Below, piece after piece: positions 1 through 10,480 of a stretch of DNA of 64,000 bases. Every line of letters begins with the position of its first letter. The first letter of the stretch is position 1. The notes beneath the pieces were generated by a model. That model was not told where the DNA came from. It saw nothing but the letters and a program-made list of their open reading frames with translations, and made no database searches. Position numbers and translations under genes: made by a program. Source of the DNA: Mesotaenium endlicherianum (lineage: Eukaryota); contig WELA01001098.1 of NCBI GenBank assembly GCA_009602735.1, forward strand, positions 151,345 through 215,344. Direction: 5' to 3'.

Positions 1-1490
1 GCTGAGGCCGTCAGCGTCCAGGTTCGTCGACCCTGGACGATGGTGCACGTCAAAGGTGTACTCCTGCAAGATGAGCGCCCACCGTGCGTACTTGCCTATC
101 AGGCACTCCGACGTCATGAGCCACTTGAGTGGCTGATGGTCGGTGACCAAGCGGAAGTGGGTGCCGTAGAGATAGTGCTTGAAATGCACAATCGCCCATA
201 TCGCTGCCAGGCACTCCCCCTCATAGGAGCCGTAGTTGCCCTCGGCACGGTTGTTGCTGCGGCTGGCGTACGCCACCACATGCTCGAAGCCGTCATGCTC
301 CTGTACCAGCACTGCTCCAAGCCCCGCCTGCGACCAGTTGGTGTGGAGGATGAAGGGCTTCTGATAGTCAGGCCGCCGTAAAACCGGGGCGCTCACCAAC
401 AGCTCCTTGAGCTTGTCAAACGCCGCCTGCTACTCTGGTCCCCATACGTAGGCAACGCCCTTGCGTAGCAAGTCGTTGAGCGGCTTGGCCAGCTCGCTGA
501 ACCCAGGCACAAAGCGACGATAGTAGTTGGCGGTGCCAAGGAAGGCCCTCAACTGCGAGAGGTCGGTCGGCGGCGGGATGCCTGTGATGGCCGAGATCTT
601 GGCCAGCTGAGGAGCCAAACCACTCTGGAAGATTGAAGATGCCCGAGGTACTCCACCTCCCGGGTCCCAAAGGTGCACTTGCCTAGATGACACTTGAGCC
701 CAACGGCCTCCAAGCGGTCCAGGATTGTAGTGATATGCGCCACGTGCTCCTCAAACGTCTCACTGAAGACGAGCACGTCATCGATGTAGCACCGGGCAAA
801 GGAGAGCCCTGCCAGCTCCTTATCCATGACTCGCTGGAAGGTGGCAGGAGCGTTCTTCAAGCCGAAGGGCTCAACCCTCCACTCGTAGAGACGCTGCGAT
901 CCCCAAAAAGCCGTTTTATGCTGGTCCTCCTCCGCAAGGGGTATCTGGTTGAAGCTCTGCCTCAAATCCAGCACCAAGAACCAAGTACAAGTACTGATGT
1001 CGTCGAAGATCTCGTCAGGGGTTGGCATAGGGTATCTGTCCTGCTCAGTGACCTCGTTAAGCTTACGATAGTCACCGCACATCCTCTTCTCCGACCAGTT
1101 GCCTGAGGCGTCCTTCTTAGCTGGCATGACTGTGGGCGCAGCGTAGGTGGAGGCAGACTCACGAATGAGTTGACCCTCCTCTAGCTTGCCTGTCTGCGTG
1201 CTGATCAGGTCGTCCTCAAAGCGGCTGTAGCGATAGCGCTTCTGGAAGATGGGCACGTCTGTCTGGAGGGGTATCCTCATAGGGTCGCCTGTGTAGCGCC
1301 CAAGATCGTGCATGCCGCTGGCAAAGCTGGCACTGCGCCATGCATCCAGCAATGCCGTCAGCTGAGCAGCCTGTGCTCCAGTGAGAGTCCCCCCCGGCTT
1401 CCAAGTAGGGACAACTGGTGGTGGCTCCTGCACTGCAGCTGGCGCCTCCTGCCCTGCTGCTGGCGTGATCTGTGGGGTTGCAGGCGTCAC
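1..1490 (-). pseudogene. pol: Family A reverse transcriptase + RNase H (frameshift near 635, stop at 430-432)
   Basis: RMCGDYRKLN, LDLRQSFNQI, PFGLKNAPATFQR, YIDD and LRAFLGTANYYRRFV. After the stop it reads FILHTNWSQAGLGAVL...YEGECLAAIWA...TDHQPLKWL...HRPG (RNase H). Confidence 0.93.
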
Positions 1491-1847
1491 CTGTCCTGCA
1501 GCTGGCTGCGCTCGGCTTGCCTCGGGTGCCTCCTTCTTGGCAGCTGCTGCCAGCTGCGCTGCACCACCTGTCGATGGCTGAGAACGTGGAAAAAGAAATG
1601 GGGAGCAAAACTCCCTGGGTCGCTGTGAGGACTCCTGTCTCCTCCTTCACCCCCCTAGCGAACCAGAACTAGGACCAGGACGCGGCGCAGGCGGCTGCTG
1701 AGAAGCTGGACCCTCGCGCTGGGAATGCCAGGTCGTACCAGGCGGGGCGTGGCCATCGCCGTCGGAATCTCGGTCCATGGCGTCGTAGGACTGGTCCATC
1801 TCAGGATGACGAGCCTGGGCGTAAAGGGGAGTCAGGGCCTGTGTCTG

Positions 1848-2790
1848 CAGAAGAAGCCACGTCAAGACGTTGGCATCGATAGCCTGGCCAAGGAGACGCA
1901 CGCACTTGACCTCGGTGATGCCGTCCACCTGTGTGAGGTGTGGAGGGAAACCCATCGCACGCTCCATCTCCACGGGGCCGCTGGAACATGCCGGTCTCGA
2001 GGTCAATGATCATTCCGCGCTGGTCGCCCACGTAGGCCGCGTTGTCGTAGCGACTCACGAACGTAGGAAGCGCCCGCGTGACGTCGTGGAGGACTTGACA
2101 CTGGGCCTGAGAAGGATGTGGAAGGGCGACCACGCGCTGGGCCAGGCGCGCCACGTCGAGGATGGAGTCAACGTTGCGCGTGTGGCGTGGATATGCAGCC
2201 GCTAATGCCTCAAGCGTGCCTTGCATGGCCAGGTTGGTGAAGTAAGCACGCACACGATGCGCGAAGGAACCGATCTGGGCGGCGTCGATGACTGCCTCAC
2301 GACCGACGTAGCTGCTGCAGAGGGAAAAGTCGGCGCTGACGTTGGGCCAAGAATCGTGGCGGACAGCCACGTTCTCCAACACCCAGGCGAGCGTGTGCGG
2401 CGGCTGGCGGTCCTCAACCATGTTGAGGACGCGGAGCAGGTGCCAGAACAAGGCCGTACGCGGGTCACCGAGCGCGCCGCCCCGTCCCGCAATGGAGAAG
2501 CCCTGGCACTCCCAGCCAGCAATGATGAGGTCGATGGGCCCGAGGCGCGTGATGTGCTCGGCTGTAATGTCGCGGATGACTATGGGCCAGTCAGTCTGGG
2601 CGCGGTAGAAGGCATGCTCAGGGAAGAGGTCCGGGAAACGCTCGTGGCACAAGGCCATCTGCCTGCGGGCGACCTGCTGCGCCTCGCCATCAGGGTCCAC
2701 GTAAACGTACCGACGTACGGGGATGCCAGCCTGCAGGGTGGCCAGCAACCCTGTCGCAATGCCGGCGAAGAGCTCAACAAGGACAATGCC
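1848..2790 (-). pseudogene. DNMT3-like C5 cytosine methyltransferase domain within the retrotransposon polyprotein (frameshift near 1975)
   Basis: Motif I VELFAGIATG, IV DLIIAGWECQGFS, VI WVLENV and VIII IDAAQIGSFAHRVRAYFTNL lie in ORF 1801-2931. Motifs IX-X, EMERAMGFPPHLT...RLLGQAID, lie in ORF 1647-2006. Confidence 0.92.
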
Positions 2791-3574
2791 GCCGGGACGC
2801 TCGTCAAGCTGTGCGGTGTAGATAGGCGTAGGAAGGGGGCGGCAGCCCAGGGCGGGATCGCCGGCCTGCGCTGGCGGTGGGTAGGAGCGCAGCAGATTGT
2901 GCTGATGGGGCGCCATGCGGAGGGCCGCCACTGCGAGCTCTGCGTAGTGGCGAGTAAGCCGAGGAATGCGCTCGAGCAGCGGCTGCGGGCGAGCCGTGCG
3001 AGAATGCGCTTGATAAGTGCGTCAGCGCGCACGCGCGTCCTGCAATGCCTCCTCGGGCACTGGGCGGGCCAGAGCCTGCGCGACGCGCACGCACTGCTGC
3101 TGCCACCGGTCCCTTGTCCTGTAGTCGGCGTGATGTGAAGCGGCGTGGGCTAGCTGCTCTGTGGCGGTGCGCTGGGGCAGCTGGGGATGCTGATCAAAGT
3201 ACGAACGCTGACGCTCGCGAAGATCCGCCTGGATAGGCACTGTGCAAACGGAGCGCTCGTCCCAATGTGCCGCCTATCGAGGACGGACGAGCTGACGTGG
3301 GGTGAGTTGGACTCGCAGGCGCAGCGGAGAAAGAGATGTGAGTCGGATGCGCTCCCACTGGCTGCGCTGCTTGAGCCCTGCACGTGGCGGTCGCAGGGGC
3401 GCGCAACGATGCGGGCCACCTTATGAGGAGGTGACCCAGACGGCCCGTCGTCGGCTATGTGGCTGCGCGGGACGGCGGCAGGCCAGCCAGGCGGCGTCTG
3501 GCATAATGCGTGGGCTGCAGTGGTGGAGGAAGCGTCATGCTCGCGAGTGCGGAGATCACGCGAACCGTCATACG

Positions 3575-3735
3575 GCGGTGTGACTGAGCACAGGCGCGTC
3601 TCGCGCAAAGGAGTGACTTCTCTCTCCTCGCAAATAGGAGTGACCTCCCGTGCGTCCCTGGGAGTGTTGTGCAGAGGTGTGACCTCACGGGCATCCCTGG
3701 TATGCTCGCGTATCGGGGTGACCTCGCGTGCGCAC
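3575..3735 (-). repeat. Coding tandem repeat REVTP (~39-bp and shorter units, 4-5 copies)
   Basis: AREVTPIREHTRD-AREVTPLHNTPRD-AREVTPICEE-REVTPL...SVTP in ORF 3150-3947. Confidence 0.8.
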
Positions 3736-4088
3736 CGGTCTAGTGGCATAGTGCGGCGTGCGAAGCGTAGAGCTGGCCCGGCGTAGGGGGAAGGACCTGT
3801 ACGCCCAGGACCGAGGATGCTGGACCTGGCCACTGTTTGCTGCGCACGTCTGGCTCGCGGGTTGATGGCGGAGAAAGGAGCCGTGGAGGCGGTGCTGGCG
3901 GAGGCGCGACCTGGCCAGCCTGTGCCCAGGCTGTTGCCAGCAAACAAGTGCGTGACGTCACGGCACTCGTTGCTGGTCGAACAGTCGTGCTGTATCGGAC
4001 GACTAGGCCCGCCGGCGCATGGATGGGCTCGACGGGGACTGGCCGTGGTCTCGTGAGAGAGAGAGCTAAAGCCGGGAGGCCCTGTAGG

Positions 4089-6794
4089 CTAGCGTCGGAC
4101 GCGAGCTGTAGGCGTGGGCGGCGGTGGCTCTGCCGACGGTTGGGCTGCGGGCTCCTCTGGGGCCTCCTGGGACCAATCCTGCCACTCCTCCTCCTCGCTG
4201 CTCAATGACGCGTCGTTGGACCTGCCTGGGAACGCTGCCTGCCTCATGGCCTCATCCTCAGACGTGGTAGTGCGTGGCCACGAGTTGCCTGTCTTGTACG
4301 ACGGTGCGGGTGAGGGCGACTGGGAGGTCATGCGGTATTGTATGGCGACCCCCACAGGCACGTCATGCCGTACGTGGACGTGTGATCTTGAGGAGGGTTT
4401 GCTCGTCGTAGGAGGCTGTGGCCTAGGTATGGCTGCTGCGGCTGTCGCTGCGTCATGAGCGTGCGCTGCAGCAGTAAGGGCAGCCGTGGCAATGGCGTGT
4501 GCCTTGACGGCGTCTGCCGCCATCTGACGCATCATGGCGTTATGCGCGGCGTAGATCCGCACTGTCTCCCTGGCTTGTGCGGCCAGAGCGTCAGCCTGCT
4601 TCTGGGGCGTGAGGTGGAGCACGGCACCAGACAGCTCGGGATCCTCCTCCTGCGTCTCCAGTAAGTCGGCGCCAACGAAGACCTCGTCATCCTCGGCTCC
4701 CCCCTTATCGGTCTGAACCACGGACCGACCGTCGTCCAGCGCCATGAAGCCGTAGAGGGCGGACTCAGCTGAGCGACGATCCAAGATGTCAAGTGGCACA
4801 GATGCAGTGCGGGTCCCCCCTGACTGCCAGTCGGGTCGGTTGAAGACCCGCTTTACCCAGTTGTCCACTGCGGCGCCGATAGGAAAGAGAATGTCCTGGC
4901 CAAGGAGCACGTCAAAGGTCTCAGAGCGAGTGACCAACGCGTGCCGGTGGATGATCGTCTCATCCGGAGTGCCGAACCGAAAGGCGAAGCGAAGGGCCAG
5001 CCGCGTGCGCCCGGTGACGGTCTCGGACGTGCCGGCCACAGTGTTGATCCGCGTCGGCGAATCCTTCAGGTCGGCTGACGAGAGGCCCAGCTGACAAAAG
5101 TAGCGCAGGCTGATGAGGACTGGCTGGGCGCCAGTGTCGAACATGATGCGCTGCGGGGCCTGCGTGTTGACCAGCACGATGCCCTGCAAATTATCCAAAA
5201 ACGCAGCGTTAGGCGTGCTGATCATCCTGCGCTCATGCGCAGGTCGCGCGGGCGCGGAGAGCACCGCGGCTGCCGCGTCTGACGCTGGCCTGCCGTCAAC
5301 GGCGCGCTGGCTGTCCCTGCACGATTGGAGCAATAACTGGGTTGCCTGCCGACTGGCCTCCATTGACACGCCGAGCTCCGCAAAGGAGACCGCGGGCATG
5401 CGGTGAAGCGCCAGCGAGATGACCTCGGCGTTGAGCTGCACCGTGGTCATCGACGAGGACATCGCGTGAGGCGCGAAGGCCGCTGGCGCTGCTGGCGTGT
5501 CCAGCACGCGGAACGAGCGGGGCAGACGCGGCGCCTCCTCCGTGCAACGCCCCTGATCTGGCCCGGCGCGCTTCTGTGCCACTGCTGGGCGTCCGGCTGC
5601 CACCAAAGCGTGCTTGCGCCGTGCGCTGCCGTCTGTTGTGTGGCCCCCAAGTGGCACTGTGCGTGTGCAGCAGGCCAGAATGGGGACGCACGCGGCTGTA
5701 GCAGCAGGCGCAGCCGCTGGGACAGCCGGCAAAAGAGCGGCTGGCGCAACTGGCGCTGGTGCGCCTGATGCGGGCGCTCCTGGCGCTGGCGCACCGGGCG
5801 TTGGGACACCTGGCGCTGGCGCACCTGGCGCTTTTGCAACTGGTGCCTCGGCAAACGCTGGCGCCGCCGTCGGAGCGGCTGCGGATGTCAGTGCAGCTTC
5901 GGGCGCAGACGCCTTTGCTGCTGGCGCAAACGCCGGAGCTGGCGCAGGCTTGGCTACTGGCAGGCTGACAAGTGGCGCTTTGAGAACGCCTCTGGGCCTG
6001 CCAGGTCGCTTCGCCCAACCGGGGCCGGTGTCGGTATCGGCTGCCCCAAGCAAGGCACGTGGCGCCCTCCAGGTAGCACGCGCGCTCGTCGGGACCCTCG
6101 CCACGCTTATCGCGCAGGCCCAAGGTTTTTGTGCGCAGCCAGGGTTTAAGCCCTGGCTGTGCGCAGCCGTGTGCGTGCCGTCGCAGCTCCGAACAAAAAT
6201 GCGACCGCACAGCGCGATCAAAGATGTCGCCCCCTGACTTGGGATGACAGTCGCGGCTGCCAAATCTGCGCTGGCTGGGCCAGACTGCGTGCGCGTGCCA
6301 AATGGCAGCACGGGTGCGCAGCTGCTGTACGCAGCCGCTGACGTGGTTGTCGTGAGGTGGTCGCGTGGCTGGCTGCTGAGCGAGCCCCGCAATGCGGTGC
6401 GCGGCGTGTGCGGGCGTGGGCAGACATGCGCGGATGTGCCGCTGCCGTCAGGCAGGGTCTCGCCAGCCGTGCATGCGTCAGGTGCGACGGCTGCTGGCGC
6501 GGCTGCCAGGATTGGCGCAGGTGCGGTTGCTGGGAGGCTGCCAAGTGGCGCCTCCCAATCACTCTTGGGGTTGCAGGGGTGCGTGGCCGGTCCGACATCA
6601 AGGTCGGTGTCGGTTGCCTCGGGCGCCGCTCGTGACGCCCTCCCCCCGGCACGTGCGTACGCCAAGGCCCCCGTAACGCGAATTGCGTGGGCGCGGGGGT
6701 TTTGTGCGCAGCCAGGGTTTAAGCCCTGGCTTTGCGCAGCCATGAGCGTGCCATCGGCACTCCGCCCGGCAATATGGCCGCACAACGCAATCAA
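4089..6794 (-). pseudogene. Family A polyprotein segment: Ala/Pro-rich linker + retropepsin aspartic protease (~4830-5200)
   Basis: IMFDTGAQPVLIS catalytic motif and downstream FDVLLGQDIL. Confidence 0.85.
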
Positions 6795-6960
6795 GATGCC
6801 TCCCCCTGACTGGGAATGGCGATCGCGGCCGCTGGATCTGCGCGGGCCGTGCCGGGCTGCGTGCGCGCGCCATGTGGAAGGACGTGTGCGCAGCTGGCGT
6901 GCGCAGCTGTTGCTGTGGCTGCCGAGCTGCGATCTTGTAGCTGGTTGCCCGGCAAGCCTC
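5940..6960. repeat. Diverged internal direct repeat (offset 573 bp); each unit has the hairpin AGCCAGGG-tttaag-CCCTGGCT
   Basis: Hairpin at 6137-6158 and 6710-6731. Peptide AA(Q/H)SQGLNPGCAQ occurs twice. Confidence 0.85.
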
Positions 6961-8915
6961 GCGCCGCCGTGTGCAATGTGAGCGGACGCGTGAGAGTGCG
7001 AGTGTGCGCGTGGCTACCGACAAGAGCGGCCTGGCCTGCCGGACACGCGGCAAGTGTCGGCGCCTGCTGGACCCAGTTGCCTGCAACAGCCAACAGGGGG
7101 AGGTCATCCTGGCGTTGCCGGCTGGTGCGCAGATCTGCGCACGAACTGGCGACGCGTACGGCAAAGGGTGCTGCAGCCGTGTGTGCTGCAAACGTGCCAC
7201 TCAGCTGGCGAGCGCGCCCAGTTGCGACACCCGTCGATGAGCAGACTGTCGGCAGTACTGCTAGCGTCGGCAGAGCGGCACAGGCCAGAGGGGCTGCTGG
7301 AGCCTGCGGTTGTGCTGGCGTGTGTGCCGGACCATGGACGGGCGCGTCGGAAGCTGCAATGTCTGTGACGCAGGGTGGCGGGGCCGCGTAAGCCTGCAAC
7401 CTGCCACCTAGCAGATTGACAGGACGAGGGGAGCGGTTGCTGACGGATATCGGCGTAGCGTGCGCAGGTCTGGCAGATCCGTCTGCACAAACGTCTGCGG
7501 CGCTGGTCGCCGTAGCTCTGTCAAGGGACGAGCGCGTGCGAGGCTGCAGCGCTGCTGTAGCGCCAGGTGTCAGCCTCTGGGGCTGCCACGTGTCAACATT
7601 GTGGCTGTGCGCAGGAGCTGCGCAGACGCCAGCTGCCGGAGTTGGAGCGTCGGACGGCGGAACGCGTGCGAAGAGGGCTCCGCATGCGTCGTAACTGTCG
7701 GCGGTGACGAGACCACGGAGTCTGGCGATCTCCGTATTGGCCTCCACGAGGGCGTCACTGACGTCGTTGATATTGTAGTAATCAACTCCGGGAGTCAGTG
7801 CGGCGTCCATCGTGGCCGTGGCTGCCGTCATCGAGGGGTGGCCACCCGTGCGAGGGTTACGGATGCCCCGAAGTCTTGCTGCGGGCGCAGGGCCGTCACG
7901 AGCGCGTCCGTTCTCAACGTCGCGCTTCTTCTGCAAGCATACAATCTGCAGGTGGCCGGCCTTGCCACAGTAGGTACAGTCACCGGGCTTGCCATTCTGC
8001 GCAATAGTGCAGTTCTAGCGAGAGTGGCCCGTCATCCCGCAAGACCAACAAGGGTCGCTCGTCATGGCGGCCATGGATGTGCGGTCACGCGGAGCCCCGC
8101 GCTGCTGGGTTTGCTGGGACAGCTGAGAGCGCTGGGGCTGTTGCTGCTGCTGGGGCTGGCGAGCCAGAGCTGGGTGCATTGTCGTGGATGGCAGCACCAA
8201 AGACTCCTGGCATACGCCCGTGGATGCGAGGCCAACATAGTCGCTAATGTTGCTCCGTGCGGCGGCCAAGCTCTGCTTCTCGACTGAGAGGTAAGCGTCC
8301 TCCAGCAAGTACTCGGAGCCGATGTGGTAGATGAGAGGAGCCATGGCTTGCTCCCTCAAACGTGGCTCTACGGCGCGCAAGAAGATCTCCGCTGCCTCCC
8401 GGTCAGTGACGGTGCCAACGTCTCGGCAAAGGTGCGTCAAGCGGCGGTACATCATGTGGATCGTCTTGTTCTTGCGGCGGAAGAAGTGGTGCAGGCTTTG
8501 TGCGTGCGTAGATCTCGTCACTCTTCTCACGGAAGGTGTCACGGGCCTCATAGAGGAGATAGCGCATGAGCGTATAGAGCACGTCACGCTTAGTGAGCGC
8601 GGGCGTCTTAAGCCTCGCGGACACGAACTCAGCCTCAAACTTTGAGATTGTGTCGTCCAGATCACAGGTTCCTGGTCTGTCGCTAAAGCGGAAGAGGGAG
8701 GACCTGTCAGCCTTGACCTCGTGGTCACTTGCTATGGGATACCAGGAATCGTGGTGAGCCCACTGGGAAGATGGCTCAGGGACAATCACCGGAAGTACGA
8801 GTGCTGGCTGCTCCCCATCATAGGGTTCAGTGACAGTACTGAGATCGGAGTCTGAGTCTTCTCCACTAACCCCTTTGTAGTGAGGCTGGTAAGCACGCCC
8901 ACTACGGGTAGGCAT
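6791..8915 (-). pseudogene. gag: Family A gag (frameshift ~8500, stop at 8015-8017), two zinc knuckles, long low-complexity tail
   Basis: Start MPTRSGRAY. Knuckles CWSCGMTGHSR*NC and CTYCGKAGHLQIVC (CX2CX4HX4C) are in frame with ORF 6791-7936. Confidence 0.8.
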
Positions 8916-8967
8916 ACGCTGAAGATTCTAATTGCGTGCAGGCAAAGAGAGATCTTTTTAGAAGTAA

Positions 8968-10480
8968 GGAGTGTGTACTCTCCAAAGTGAGCACCTCGAG
9001 ACTGTAATCTGGTAGGAAAACAACTAATGAAGTCTGGCCCAAAAGATCACTAGAAGCACATCATGATCTTCAAGAGTAGTCCTATGGCAGAGGGTATAAG
9101 TTGTGACTTTGCTCACCACTTGTGAAGTTCTTCTAGTGACTGGAAGCCAGCAAGGCTTGCTCTTCACAAGAGAGAGACTAAGTGGTCCTGAAAATACAAG
9201 AGATAAAAGTGTAAGCTTTACTGATAATCTCTGTGACTTACAACCGGCATAATGGGACTTCTAATATGATGTTCCTCTAGGGACATCTCTAGCACTTATA
9301 CTCCTGGAAACCCGGCATCATATGCGGCGGATCCAATGCATGTAGTCACTCTAGGAGGCTCTCCTATGTCCACTAATGTGTACAAGGCATGTACTAGCAC
9401 TCCTATAGGCTAAGCATAACTCAAACCAATCAAAGCAAAGCACGTAATATGCTAAGTGTCTCTCATTGGTGGAGCTTACCTTGGGTAGTTCTACCTAGAT
9501 AGCGCCTCAAAAGTGAATCTCGAACTTAAGGAAGCTTCCTCTAGGGGTAGGTGATGCAGTCACCAAGTTATAGCGTCAATGATGCACATATACTATGGAA
9601 ATGCAAGACTTATGTAGTCTAAAGGGCTCGCGGATTTGTGCGCACAAAGCTAGGGGTCCTTGGGGTCACGAATAGTCGACATTGTCACCTTTGGGTGCAT
9701 TGAGTCACAAGTTGGCCATTTGGTGTGATTCCGCTAGGTGCCGAAAGGGGTGCGGACTAGATCGCGTCTATCTCGCTCGATAATTAACCAAATGACCGGA
9801 GCGGTGCCATTCGAAAGATGCTTCGACGCGCTACACTTTGGTGACTTGGAAATCTAGAGAAGGTCATCATATGGATGCTGTAGTGATTTGAGTTATTATA
9901 TATTAGTATGCATATATTTTAATGTTTTCAAATATATTTGGAGTAGTATTGTGTGGAGTCAAGTGTGAATAGGTACTCTAGTAACTTGGTTCATGTCCTT
10001 TGAACCTTCCAAGACATTTTCGAAGTTAGAGGAAAGACCTAGAAGAACTCCATGTGGCAAAAGTCAGATGTGCCATTTTTAGGTCAAAAGGACATGTGTA
10101 CATTATTCTAGAAAGAGGTGGCAAGTTTTGGGATGTGTTGGGTGCCAACACATCAACATACACCTTCCTAGAAATTACTTATGTAGCAAGTATATAAACA
10201 AGAGCTAGAACATAGAAAGACATTCCAGAATCACTCTTGTACTTGCCAAAATCCAGAAATATATTAACTTTCAAGAAGCCATCTCTCTTTCAAGAAGCTA
10301 CCACTTGTGTTCAAAGATCCTTGTCTTGAATAGATAAAGTATTCTGTTATACTAAGTACTTTATCTATCTGGTTCACTACAGATGCGTAAAGTCAATGCA
10401 AAGTTGGTCTTCCTAGATTGATGGTTCACACACGTAGAGCTTGGTTTTGTACGTCAACCTCGACTTAATAAATCATGACA
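8968..10480 (-). repeat. Family A 5' terminal/LTR-like region, interrupted by a family C solo LTR
   Basis: The terminus TGTCATGATTTATTAAGTCGA resembles 30714 TGTCATGAATTATTGAGTCGA. 8968-9455 is the reverse-complement homolog of ~31465-31958. TATA-like GAGTATAAGT near 9300. Confidence 0.75.
9879..10381 (+). mobile_element. Family C solo LTR (503 bp)
   Basis: TGTAGTG...CACTACA with perfect 5-bp TSD GATGC (9874-9878, 10382-10386). Reverse complement of the LTRs at 34944 and 41116. Confidence 0.95.

Larger units (their letters stand above)
1..10480 (-). mobile_element. Ty3/gypsy retrotransposon family A carrying a DNA methyltransferase; decayed; 3' part (integrase, 3' end) lies left of the window
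   Basis: Minus-strand domain order: gag with two CCHC knuckles, aspartic protease (DTG), C5-MTase, RT (YIDD), RNase H. The 5' terminus TGTCATGA at 10480 abuts family B pol sequence, so it is inserted into B0. Confidence 0.92.

Noticed and set aside
1801..2931. Bacterial restriction-modification MTase or contamination
   Set aside because: It is embedded in a gypsy polyprotein, has DNMT3-like motifs, and has no partner endonuclease.
2221..8287. Long plus-strand ORFs (e.g. 2221-3138, 6244-6981, 7460-8287)
   Set aside because: Antisense shadows of GC-rich retroelement coding sequence, with no motifs.
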